A stretch of 63,843 nt of DNA, filler included, from Deltaproteobacteria bacterium (GTDB lineage Bacteria > JAEEML01), in NCBI GenBank assembly GCA_016283195.1. It is 4 parts of 4 records of this genome, joined end to end, with 100 filler letters (N's around TTAATTAATTAA, not from the genome) between each part and the next. Parts side by side here need not be neighbours in the genome. Positions count along the whole stretch, not along the records: positions 28,316 to 37,174 come from JAEEML010000061.1; positions 37,275 to 53,333 come from JAEEML010000062.1; 2 more parts are not named here. One strand, given 5' to 3'. A program made the position numbers and the translations under genes. Shown piece by piece: positions 28,730 through 37,821 of this stretch; position 1 is the stretch's first letter, and every line of letters begins with the position of its first letter. Under the pieces are notes generated by a model. The model searched no databases, was not told where the DNA came from, and was given only the letters and a program-made list of their open reading frames with translations.

Positions 28730-29878
28730 CTACTCCTCCAGATACCCTGTTACTTCCCCGCTCTCCATATCCACCATAGCCACATTGCCACTGGCGGCGA
28801 GGCTCACATAAATAAGCTGCTTTTCGCTATCCATGGCGAGCTGCACCGGGTTGGAACTGGCCGGGAGCACGGCCCAGGAAGGAATAGTCTCTTTGGTTGG
28901 CAAGTAGCGGCGGGTGATGCTGCCGCCCATAGAGTTAACTGCATATAAATATTTACCATTTTTAACAACGGCATTAACTCCGGCACCAGCTTTGCCAATC
29001 TGGATAGTCTCAAAACTGGCGTGGTCGCGATCGTATTTTACAAAATAGAGCGCATTGGCAACGCTCATGCCCACAATGAGATCGTGTTCGTTATAATCGA
29101 GAGCAATATCAATGGGCCCTTCCAAAATATTTGGCTCTACGCCAATTACCTGGCAATCGGCCTCTTTTAAATGGTCCGAGACAGCATCGGCCACACAAAC
29201 AGCATCGTTGTTAAAAGCTGCTATATAGGCTTTATTATTAAATATTTTTATAGAACTCATGCCGTTGGCGCCCTCTGTATCCTGGAGAATCCACAAAGGA
29301 TCATCGGCACCGTGGACAATAGCCATCTGCGCTAAATCTATCTCAAAAATACCATTAGTAATGCCACTGCCCATATAGCCTGTTTTGCCGTCTTTGGTAA
29401 TAGCCAGGCGCCCAAAAGCGCCTTTGGTTTTATCGGCACTGGCCGGGAGAGGCAAACTGGCCGCCCACTTACTCACATCTTTTAGGTCAAGCACATCAAT
29501 TGCCCCATCGCTGGCCGCCGTTGCCAGATAAGTCTCCATATCAAAAGTCATAGCGCCGGAAGAGACCACATAAGCTTTATTGCCACTAACGGTAATCCAC
29601 TGGGGATTAAGAGCTGTGGTTTTTAAAATATGCTTTAATTTATGGGTAGTTCTGTCAATTACTGCCAGATACCCTTCCTTATATGGCAGGGGCGTTTCAT
29701 CGGCAGCATAAGCGCAATCGGCAACCAAAATATTATCGCCGAAAACAGCTACATCGGCAGGATAAGTAAGTTTTAAGGCCTCATGGCTGGGCTCTATTAC
29801 CTCTTTGCCGTCTGTCGTACAACCGGAAGCCAGAAAAATTAAAATCATTAGTACATTCAAATAGATATTTTTTTTCAT
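28730..29878 (-). CDS. Lipoprotein, YncE-like beta-propeller
   Basis: Lipobox LASGC; blade-like repeats NPQWITVSGNKAYVV, RLAITKDGKTGY, NPVQLAMD..IYVS. Confidence 0.7.
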   Translation of the reverse strand: MKKNIYLNVLMILIFLASGCTTDGKEVIEPSHEALKLTYPADVAVFGDNILVADCAYAADETPLPYKEGYLAVIDRTTHKLKHILKTTALNPQWITVSGNKAYVVSSGAMTFDMETYLATAASDGAIDVLDLKDVSKWAASLPLPASADKTKGAFGRLAITKDGKTGYMGSGITNGIFEIDLAQMAIVHGADDPLWILQDTEGANGMSSIKIFNNKAYIAAFNNDAVCVADAVSDHLKEADCQVIGVEPNILEGPIDIALDYNEHDLIVGMSVANALYFVKYDRDHASFETIQIGKAGAGVNAVVKNGKYLYAVNSMGGSITRRYLPTKETIPSWAVLPASSNPVQLAMDSEKQLIYVSLAASGNVAMVDMESGEVTGYLEE

Positions 29879-29904
29879 TTTTTACCTCCAAAAGATTTAT
29901 TTTA

Positions 29905-31104
29905 TTAACCGATGAATTCTTTATGTAAAAGTCTGACCGCCTCTTCCACTTTAGCGGCCGCCACCATAAAAGTAATGCGGTAATTGGTGGTGGTGATGCT
30001 GTCCCAACTGATATTAGCGCCCTTTAAAGCAGAGAGGGCGCGGCGCAAATTGGCTTTAGATTCGGTAATATTTTCGCCGATTAAGGAAACAGCGCCAATA
30101 TCATTCATTATTTGCAAATGGGGCACCTTTTGCCGCAGTTTTTCCAAAACTTCCGGTAATGTCGGGGCATCGGCGGTGGGCACTAAGAGCGAGGTCACCG
30201 CTTGGCCGTCAAAACTGCGGCTTAAGAGCTGACGGCTCACAATCTCGGCTTCATCCAGCATTTCAAGCAGAATTATCATCTCTTCTTCACCGCTGACCAC
30301 CAGCCTTAAGAGCGCTTTGGTAGAAGTCACGCCGGTTACTTCGCCGGACATCTTAGGGAGGCCGCCCTGGCGGACAACAGTCTCACGGCCGGTGTCGTCG
30401 GTAGCCCGGCAATAGATGACAATGCCGGCTTTTTTGGCAAATTCCACCGCCTGAGCATTTAATACTTTGGCTCCGGCCGCCGAAAGCTCCTGCATCTCGG
30501 CATAGCTTATCTCCGGCAAATGCTGCGCCGGCACCAGGCGGGGATCACCGGTATAAACGCCATCCACATCGGAATATATTTCACACACTTCGGCATTAAG
30601 AGCGGCGGCTAAAGCCACCGCCGTGGTATCGGAACCGCCGCGCCCCAAAGTAGTGACATCGCGCTGGTAGCTCACTCCTTGATAACCGGCCACTACCACC
30701 ACCTGGCCCTCTTCCAAGGCATCCTCAATGCGGAAGGGGCGCACCTCCACAATGCGGGCGTTGGAGTGGCTGGCTGTTGTCATTATGCCCGATTGCGAGC
30801 CGGTGAGCGAAATAGCCGGCACGCCAAGTTTTTGCAAAGCAATGCCCAAAAGACTCATGGAAATGCGCTCGCCGGCGGTTAAGAGCATATCAAGCTCGCG
30901 CTTGCCCGGAGCTTCTGAGAGCGTCTTGGCCATCGAGAGCAGTTCATTGGTAGTATTGCCCATGGCCGAAACCACCACCACCATGTTATTGCCGGCATGG
31001 TAGCGGGCAGCCACTTGGGCGGCCACTTTGTTAATTTTTTCCAGCGAGGAGAGCGACGAGCCCCCATATTTTTGCACAACTATCGGCTTATTATTTATTT
31101 GCAT
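29905..31104 (-). CDS. lysC: Aspartate kinase
   Basis: [49 protein letters not shown]-terminal ACT-like region. Confidence 0.93.
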   Translation of the reverse strand: MQINNKPIVVQKYGGSSLSSLEKINKVAAQVAARYHAGNNMVVVVSAMGNTTNELLSMAKTLSEAPGKRELDMLLTAGERISMSLLGIALQKLGVPAISLTGSQSGIMTTASHSNARIVEVRPFRIEDALEEGQVVVVAGYQGVSYQRDVTTLGRGGSDTTAVALAAALNAEVCEIYSDVDGVYTGDPRLVPAQHLPEISYAEMQELSAAGAKVLNAQAVEFAKKAGIVIYCRATDDTGRETVVRQGGLPKMSGEVTGVTSTKALLRLVVSGEEEMIILLEMLDEAEIVSRQLLSRSFDGQAVTSLLVPTADAPTLPEVLEKLRQKVPHLQIMNDIGAVSLIGENITESKANLRRALSALKGANISWDSITTTNYRITFMVAAAKVEEAVRLLHKEFIG

Positions 31105-31135
31105 TTAGGCATCCTCAAAAGAGCACTTATTAGCT

Positions 31136-32080
31136 CTAAAAATCATTACATAGCACTTCGCGGAAAAAATTGTCGAGCAAAAGAGCCACATAATCGGTGT
31201 GCGACATAGGGAAGAAATGGCCGCCGCCGGGAATTTCCTCCGCTTTGGCCAGTGGCCAAGCCCGCCGAAAAGCCCGCACCGAAAGTTTGCTGACAATATA
31301 AGAATATTCGCCGTAAAGCAGTATGGCCGGCGGCGGCTCCGCTATATGGCGCAAAGTGGGATAAATATAATGGGGTGTAGCCTCAAAAAGAGCGGCTTCA
31401 ACCATTTTGTCACAAGAAAGTTCGATACCGCCGGCCGGCGCATTCCTCGTGGCACTCAAAATATAGCTCATTAAAAACTCATCGCTAAAGGCGGCAAAAA
31501 CCTTTTTCCGCCGGTATTTGCGAAAAACTTCCTCATGATTATGCCAATTGGTGGTGCGGTGGATGGTATTTTGAATCAGCGGCAATTTTCGCCAAATTCC
31601 CAGCCACTTGAGTAAATTAAAATAATAATGATATTGCGGGCCAAACATGGTGGGGTCAAGCAGAGCCACGGAAGCCAGGTGCTTAGGCCCTTCTTCCGCC
31701 GCATAAATGGCCGCCAGCCCGCCCAGTGAATGGCCGATTAGGTGTAACGGCTCGCTAGCCGCATTTATAAGCGCGGCCAAATCGCAGCCAAAAGTGCGCC
31801 AACTGTGTTTTTCCGCTTTCCATTCCGCCTGAGTGCGCCCATGGCCGCGCTGGTCCAGAGCCATAACATTATAGCCCTTAGCTTGCAAAGCACGCGCCAG
31901 CGGTGCATAAGTGCCGCCAGAAAAGCCGTTGGCATGTAATAGTAAAAGCGCCGGCCCCGGCCCATCCCAGTGGAGCAATGAAAACTTTTCGCTATTTATT
32001 TCCACTAAATAGCGTTTCCCTCCTAAAGGCGTCTCGGCCACAAAAGAAAGCGAGTTGGCTATATGAAAAGGAAAACTCAT
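31136..32080 (-). CDS. Alpha/beta fold hydrolase
   Basis: LLLHANGF, DQRGHG, GHSLGG, GGHFFP. Probable start ATG 32080 with a GGAGG RBS. Confidence 0.85.
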   Translation of the reverse strand: MSFPFHIANSLSFVAETPLGGKRYLVEINSEKFSLLHWDGPGPALLLLHANGFSGGTYAPLARALQAKGYNVMALDQRGHGRTQAEWKAEKHSWRTFGCDLAALINAASEPLHLIGHSLGGLAAIYAAEEGPKHLASVALLDPTMFGPQYHYYFNLLKWLGIWRKLPLIQNTIHRTTNWHNHEEVFRKYRRKKVFAAFSDEFLMSYILSATRNAPAGGIELSCDKMVEAALFEATPHYIYPTLRHIAEPPPAILLYGEYSYIVSKLSVRAFRRAWPLAKAEEIPGGGHFFPMSHTDYVALLLDNFFREVLCNDF

Positions 32081-32287
32081 ATAAAACCTCCGCCATTCCC
32101 CTAGCACAATGCCGACTCTTTGACACCATCTTAGGTTTATAGTGAATATTTTTTTCAATTAATTAAGCCAGAAAAAGGATAATCCTTGTATGTAAGGCTG
32201 CTTCCGGCTATAGTCGGTAAGTCAAAAGTCTTATGATTTTTGTCATTATTAACGTTGGGGATTTCCCCATAAGTAAGGAGATAAAAA

Positions 32288-33094
32288 ATGGTTAATTCAA
32301 TTCATGGCAGTGGTAATGGCATTATCGGCATTCAACAACAACAGGATCTCCAACAAATTCAACAAGAAGCTCCGGTTTCTGCCAAACGAATTCAGGCTTT
32401 TAGCGATAGCGACAGCCTCTCTATGAGCGGCCCCAGCGCCAACTTTAAATCCCAGCTTTCTCCCGAGCTTATGGGCGGCATTGATGAAATGCTCTCCGGC
32501 CTTAATGCCGAAGATAAAAGCACTGTTTTAAGCGCTGGCAAAAATATTGCCAAAAGCTTAACCTCCGCCGCCGGTGCCGCTTCTTCCGAAGGCGAAATCA
32601 TTAACCTCATCGGCGGTGACATGGCTGATATCGCCAAAACTCTCGGCTCCGGCGATGGCAATATGCTCACCAACCAATCGGTTTTGGCTGCTTATGCCGG
32701 CGTTAATGACGATCTTATGGGCTTTGCCAACAAAGTGAATAACAACAATAATGCCAAATCCACTTTGCGCGAAAATGTCTCCATGTTGCAAGATGAAGTC
32801 ACCAACTGGCCGGAAGGTGTGGAAACCCAGGACATCACCTATACCGAGCTCACCCAAAATGCCGATGGTTCCTTCACTGAAAAAGAAGTTACCAAGCCGA
32901 TGACCAAAGCCGAAGTGCAAAATCTCATTGATTCTATGAACTCCCAAAAAGACACTATTTCCGAAATGTCCCAGATGGATATGCTCAATTTGCAAAATGC
33001 CATGAATCAGCAATCACAGCTCATGCAAACACTTTCCAATATCATGAAAGTTATGCATGACACCGCCAAGAGCATTATCCAGAATCTGCGTTAA
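32288..33094 (+). CDS. Putative T3SS filament/needle-associated protein (Bsp22/SctF-like C-terminus)
   Basis: RBS AAGGAG; no Sec signal; Ser/Gln/Asn-rich N-terminus; C-terminus SQMDMLNLQNAMNQQSQLMQTLSNIMKVMHDTAKSIIQNLR. Confidence 0.55.
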   Translation: MVNSIHGSGNGIIGIQQQQDLQQIQQEAPVSAKRIQAFSDSDSLSMSGPSANFKSQLSPELMGGIDEMLSGLNAEDKSTVLSAGKNIAKSLTSAAGAASSEGEIINLIGGDMADIAKTLGSGDGNMLTNQSVLAAYAGVNDDLMGFANKVNNNNNAKSTLRENVSMLQDEVTNWPEGVETQDITYTELTQNADGSFTEKEVTKPMTKAEVQNLIDSMNSQKDTISEMSQMDMLNLQNAMNQQSQLMQTLSNIMKVMHDTAKSIIQNLR

Positions 33095-33133
33095 TTTCTA
33101 AATTTTCTCACAAATATCAAAGGATTATTCAAA

Positions 33134-34087
33134 GTGATACGTCTTGCTGTTATTGGCGTAGGCCATTTAGGCCGCTTTCATGCCCAAAAGGCCAAAACAC
33201 TCACCAATGCCGAACTGACCTTATGTATTGAGCCAAATAGTGAGCAGCGGGAAAAAATGGCCAAAGAGCTTAATGTGCCCGTGCTGGCTTCTATTGATGA
33301 ACTGGAACCCGGTGCGGTAGATGGCTGTATTTTGGCGGCCCCCACTGTTTTACATGCCGATTTGGGCGAAAAGCTGCTTAAAAAAGGCTTTCACCTTTTG
33401 GTGGAAAAACCCATTGCTCACAGCACCCAGGCGGCAGAGCGCCTTTTAAAAGCGGCCAAAGAAAATAACCGCATTTTGCAAGTTGGCATGGTGGAGCGCT
33501 TTAATCCGGCTGTGGAAGCGGCGCTCTCTATTGCCGATAAGCCACGCTACATGGTGGCCGAGCGGCTGGGCCCCTTTTCAGCTCGCTCCATTGAAATAGA
33601 TGTAGTGCGCGACCTCATGATCCACGATTTGGACATCATGCTAAGCCTCTACAAGAGCCCCATCGCCGGCATGCAGGCGGTGGGCGTACCCATTATCAGC
33701 AATACTATTGATATGGCCAATGTACGTTTTGAGTTTACCGATGGCTCGGTAGCTCAGCTTACCGCCAGCCGCGCCTCGCTCACCAGGAGCCGCATCATCC
33801 GTGTTTTCACCGTCTCACGCTATCTTTCTATAGATTGCGAAGCGAAAACAGTAAAATCTGTTAAACGTATCCCGGCCGATAACGAGCATGAGTGGCCGGC
33901 TATTGTGCCGGAAGCCTTAAATGTGGACAGTAGCCAAGATCCGCTCACCGGCGAAATCAAAGATTTTGTGGCCGCCATAGCTACAGGCAGCGCGCCGCGC
34001 GTGGGTGGCGATAATGGTTACCGCGCTCTCAAAGTAGCGGAAGATATTCTAAAAGTGATTAAAGTGCCCCATAATGGGGAATTTTGA
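33134..34087 (+). CDS. Gfo/Idh/MocA family oxidoreductase (possibly GnnA-like)
   Basis: IGVGHLG, VEKPI, ERFNP, DLMIHDLD. Confidence 0.88.
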   Translation: MIRLAVIGVGHLGRFHAQKAKTLTNAELTLCIEPNSEQREKMAKELNVPVLASIDELEPGAVDGCILAAPTVLHADLGEKLLKKGFHLLVEKPIAHSTQAAERLLKAAKENNRILQVGMVERFNPAVEAALSIADKPRYMVAERLGPFSARSIEIDVVRDLMIHDLDIMLSLYKSPIAGMQAVGVPIISNTIDMANVRFEFTDGSVAQLTASRASLTRSRIIRVFTVSRYLSIDCEAKTVKSVKRIPADNEHEWPAIVPEALNVDSSQDPLTGEIKDFVAAIATGSAPRVGGDNGYRALKVAEDILKVIKVPHNGEF

Positions 34088-34096
34088 GCTCAGCCT

Positions 34097-34286
34097 CTCT
34101 GTTTCCCTCACCCCTGGTTTCATCTCTGACCTCTCTATTCTCCTCTGTCAGCTTCGCTGACATCTCCCCCTTCCTCTCCCATGGAGCGTGGAAGAGGGAG
34201 AATCCGCGCAAGATGCCCGTTATCCATCTACTGGGTGAAATACCTGTTTGCCTTTAAGCGGAGTCCCTCCCTCCATGGGGAGGGGC
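34097..34286 (+). repeat. REP/MITE-like hairpin cluster between convergent genes (copy 2)
   Basis: cctcacccctgg (shared with 53746), hairpin TGTCAGC-TTC-GCTGACA (34146-34162), ctcccccttcc...ggaagagggag, ccctccc..ggggagggg. Confidence 0.55.
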
Positions 34287-34411
34287 GATTTTCATAAAAA
34301 TACAATAAGTTATGAGGAGAGGTCTCCAAAAAAGCACAAGGTAGAAACGGGAGCGCTTTTAATTGGTAAATGAAAAATTTAGATATTAGGAATGAGGGGC
34401 CAGGTAAGAGA

Positions 34412-37174
34412 TTAATCAGTGGGGTAATCCATCACGCAGCGCACGGCACGATAGTCGGTTTTAGGATTTTCGTAATTTGATAACGATACTTGCGGAACCA
34501 TAAAAAAGATAGCGTTAGCGGTGGTTTGTTCCTTGCTACTCCAAAAATCAGCTCGCTCGCCAACATTATTAAGGTTCTCATTGTAGCCACTAACATAACC
34601 GCAAGGATAGGCACCAAAGCCAATAGTATCATATTCTGCACCAGAATGGTTGTTCCACAAATTACTGTCCGCCTTTAAGACATTTGCCAAATTAGCTTGC
34701 GAGGCATCAATCTGGGCACGATCAAAAATATAGCTCAGTTCATCGTATGTAGAAAGATGCCACCCTGGCGGACAAGCATTCAAAGCCGTTTCCCAGTTAT
34801 AGAGCCGCCCACATACACTAAATGTACTAGAGGGATAATTTGGCTCCACACTGCCGCTGATATAACGGCGTAAGTTCTCAATAAATATCCAACCAGTTAT
34901 ATCAGTGTTTGGTAATGGTATTGACGCAACATGGTAAAGAGTTCCATCACGATCATCTTCAAATACACAATCGTCTGGATCAGCGTCGATATACACTCCA
35001 TAAGCCATTTCACAATTGGCACAATTTGCACCGTAACCACCATCATTACACTCACAATTTCCATATTGATTACATGCACTCTTGCCGTTACAAGTATCAT
35101 CAGTGGCATTTTTAACAGCAGAGCAGGTACCTTTAGAGTTACTTAATTTACACGACATGCAACTTCCGGTACACTCGCTGTCGCAGCAAACACCGTCGGC
35201 ACATTTACCGGTTATGCACCTACCAGCTGTAGCGGCTGTGCAGGAATCACCTTTTTTCAGTTTTGGCATACACATGTGGCTGGATACATCACAGTAATAA
35301 GCTGAATCACACTGCTCATCAGCATAGCAATCTTTAATGCAACGCACAGATAATTTAGCATCTTTGCTGTCGTAATAAAAAAGCTGCGAATCTGATGGAT
35401 CCATTAGCATACGATCGGCACAGCCTGGTTGATAAGGACAGGAACTCGTTACTTCTGTTGTATCCCAAAAAAATTCTTTGTTTGGTTCAATGCATGGCAA
35501 AGCACTAAAACCAACAATATCCAAATCACCGGTATTATATGGAGAAGTCCACATATTATCTTTAGCTATAAGTGCTTTTTTACAATCCGTAGCATTCATC
35601 TCGCCACAAGTAGCCGTGAAAAGCATATAAAAATCCTGCTGTCTAGGCAAATGCCAGCCAGCCGGGCAGGCCTCCATAGCTTGTGGCCAAGGATAGCCAT
35701 AGCCGCAAGGTTCAGGGCTTCTAGCCTGCGCATATGGCCTACTAGTACGCAAATTCTCCCTAAACCAAATATTGCCATCTATATAAGCCACTTTATAAGT
35801 TTCACTGTCACGCGGATCGGTAAATTTACAATCTTCTTCATTGGCTTGGTCATAAGTTCCGCCTGGAGCCGTACAAATAGCGCAGTTTTTACCAAAACGG
35901 CCGCCCAGAGTACACTCACAAGCGCCGCTATGGCAAGCAACATCGCCGTTACAAGTACCATAAGGACCATCACTAACAGGAGAACAATGGCCTTTATTAC
36001 CACTTATATTACAAGCTTGGCACTCGCCGCAGGCTTCTTGATTACAGCAAACCCCGTCGGTGCAGTGGCCGGAATAACATTCTGCTTTATTAGAACAGCT
36101 TTCGCCGTCCATTTTTACACATGAACCAGAGCTATTACATTTACTATTGCCAATACACTTATCATCAGTTCCATTTCTAACCGTGGTGCAAATACCAACA
36201 GAGCCCCTTAAATTACAAGCCTCGCACGGCTCACCGCAGGCGCTGTCACAGCATACACCATCAGCACAGTGGCCGCTTATGCACTGGCTGTCATCATCAC
36301 ACTCTTTGCCATCGGCTTGGTAAAGTTCGCAGCTGCCGCCTTTGCAGGCATAGCCAGCAATGCAATCAGCGGAAGAGGCGCAATCGGTATTGCAATCGCT
36401 ACCATCAGCTTTGCAAGTATATATGCCGCAATCTTGCACATCGGCGCTACAATCTTGGCCCTGGTTCCGACAATCGCCATTGCCATATGCTTTACCATCG
36501 CGACAAAAACCGCCACAAAGCACATGGTTACCCTCTTTAGGAAGATATTGACACCGATTGCTAGCATCACATTCAGCATTAAAGCACTGGTACCACTGGG
36601 GGAAATTCTGGCAGTGCTCGGCAGTTACACATTCCACACATTCACCGTTTAAGCAGTGGCCACTAGCGCAGTGTTCATCAGAGGAGCAGTGGCGACAGAG
36701 ACCTTCAAGGCAGTAGCCATCGTTTTCGCCGGCCAGATTACAGGGCGTTCCGCTAGGTAAATTTTGCAAAGTACAAGGCGGGTCATTAGTAGAAGCCGGG
36801 TCGCATTGCGGCATAATACAAGTACCAGGATTACCGGCCGGGCAAGTGACATTTTCGCAAAAATCAAGGCAATTTTTGCTGCACTCGGCACAGGGAGTAT
36901 CGCTGTGTTCATAAACACAGCCCAGTGTTTCGCCCTCTGCATGGCAAGTACCAGCTGGGCTATAGGTGCGGTAAACAGTATCGTTTTCCACACATTCGGC
37001 CGCCGGCGGGGTATTACAAATAAGTTCCTCGGGATATTGGCACTTGCCGGCAACACACGAAGCTCCGCCGGCTGACTTACATGGCGGCGGATTTTTGCAA
37101 TTATCATCGGAGGCACATTCACTGGCATTGCCGCTTATGCAAATGGAATCAGCACACTTTTGCGTGGCATCGCA
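34412..37174 (-). CDS. Large Cys-rich protein with two FISUMP domains (5' lost in gap)
   Basis: The frame stays open from 37174 (CDATQKCADSICISG...) into the listed ORF. Three C(A/T)DGVCC repeats; two F(T/E)DxRD..ENLR..CPxGWHL..VRC domains. Confidence 0.85.
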   Translation of the reverse strand, partial: CDATQKCADSICISGNASECASDDNCKNPPPCKSAGGASCVAGKCQYPEELICNTPPAAECVENDTVYRTYSPAGTCHAEGETLGCVYEHSDTPCAECSKNCLDFCENVTCPAGNPGTCIMPQCDPASTNDPPCTLQNLPSGTPCNLAGENDGYCLEGLCRHCSSDEHCASGHCLNGECVECVTAEHCQNFPQWYQCFNAECDASNRCQYLPKEGNHVLCGGFCRDGKAYGNGDCRNQGQDCSADVQDCGIYTCKADGSDCNTDCASSADCIAGYACKGGSCELYQADGKECDDDSQCISGHCADGVCCDSACGEPCEACNLRGSVGICTTVRNGTDDKCIGNSKCNSSGSCVKMDGESCSNKAECYSGHCTDGVCCNQEACGECQACNISGNKGHCSPVSDGPYGTCNGDVACHSGACECTLGGRFGKNCAICTAPGGTYDQANEEDCKFTDPRDSETYKVAYIDGNIWFRENLRTSRPYAQARSPEPCGYGYPWPQAMEACPAGWHLPRQQDFYMLFTATCGEMNATDCKKALIAKDNMWTSPYNTGDLDIVGFSALPCIEPNKEFFWDTTEVTSSCPYQPGCADRMLMDPSDSQLFYYDSKDAKLSVRCIKDCYADEQCDSAYYCDVSSHMCMPKLKKGDSCTAATAGRCITGKCADGVCCDSECTGSCMSCKLSNSKGTCSAVKNATDDTCNGKSACNQYGNCECNDGGYGANCANCEMAYGVYIDADPDDCVFEDDRDGTLYHVASIPLPNTDITGWIFIENLRRYISGSVEPNYPSSTFSVCGRLYNWETALNACPPGWHLSTYDELSYIFDRAQIDASQANLANVLKADSNLWNNHSGAEYDTIGFGAYPCGYVSGYNENLNNVGERADFWSSKEQTTANAIFFMVPQVSLSNYENPKTDYRAVRCVMDYPTD

Positions 37175-37274
37175 NNNNNNNNNNNNNNNNNNNNNNNNNN
37201 NNNNNNNNNNNNNNNNNNTTAATTAATTAANNNNNNNNNNNNNNNNNNNNNNNNNNNNNNNNNNNNNNNNNNNN
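37175..37274. other. Artificial contig linker
   Basis: N-run with TTAATTAATTAA. Confidence 0.97.
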
Positions 37275-37279
37275 ACGGC

Positions 37280-37816
37280 GTGGCCGGTTTTGGCATTTTT
37301 AGCAGTGAGCCTTATACCCAGCCCAACTGGCGGCGCAAAGATAATACCAACCTCTTTTATGCCGATCTTTTGATAAAATGTCTATTGGACCGCAAAAGCA
37401 CCCAATGGCTAGCCGCCCGCGAAATGGAAGAGCGCTTTCCGCAGATTAACTGGCATAGCGGCCACTCCGGGGTATTGGTGCCGGCGGAAATCACCGAAGA
37501 CCTTTTACTTTACATAATGTCGCGCCTTTTGCCCTTAAAAAAGCCGGACAAAATCGTGAGCTTTTACCCTGTGACCGACCAATATGGTCTCATAGATTTT
37601 TTTGCCTATGTACTGGCAGGCCTCTGCCCTCAATTTAAGGCGAAGATTATAAAGGCCGCTATGGAAGGCCAATATATACGCTATGAGAATTTTGCCCCCG
37701 GCGAAGATATTGATAATTCTTTAGTGGAGTTAGATAGCGAGGAACATCGGCCGCTGGAACTTAGTAATCCGGCTACACCAGAGGAGCTGGTGCACTTTTT
37801 TATTCCTATAGCTTAG
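37280..37816 (+). CDS. Hypothetical protein, probably 5'-truncated by gap
   Basis: 178-aa ORF beginning at the contig edge, directly upstream of the vWA gene. Confidence 0.55.
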   Translation: MAGFGIFSSEPYTQPNWRRKDNTNLFYADLLIKCLLDRKSTQWLAAREMEERFPQINWHSGHSGVLVPAEITEDLLLYIMSRLLPLKKPDKIVSFYPVTDQYGLIDFFAYVLAGLCPQFKAKIIKAAMEGQYIRYENFAPGEDIDNSLVELDSEEHRPLELSNPATPEELVHFFIPIA

Positions 37817-37821
37817 GCTGA

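Noticed and set aside
31105-31135. Lysine riboswitch ahead of lysC
   Set aside because: Only about 30 nt separate lysC from the upstream gene, leaving no room for one.
32221-32244. Imperfect palindrome gtcaaaagtc-ttat-gatttttgtc upstream of the T3SS-like gene
   Set aside because: Two mismatches in AT-rich DNA and no second copy seen; too weak to call an operator.
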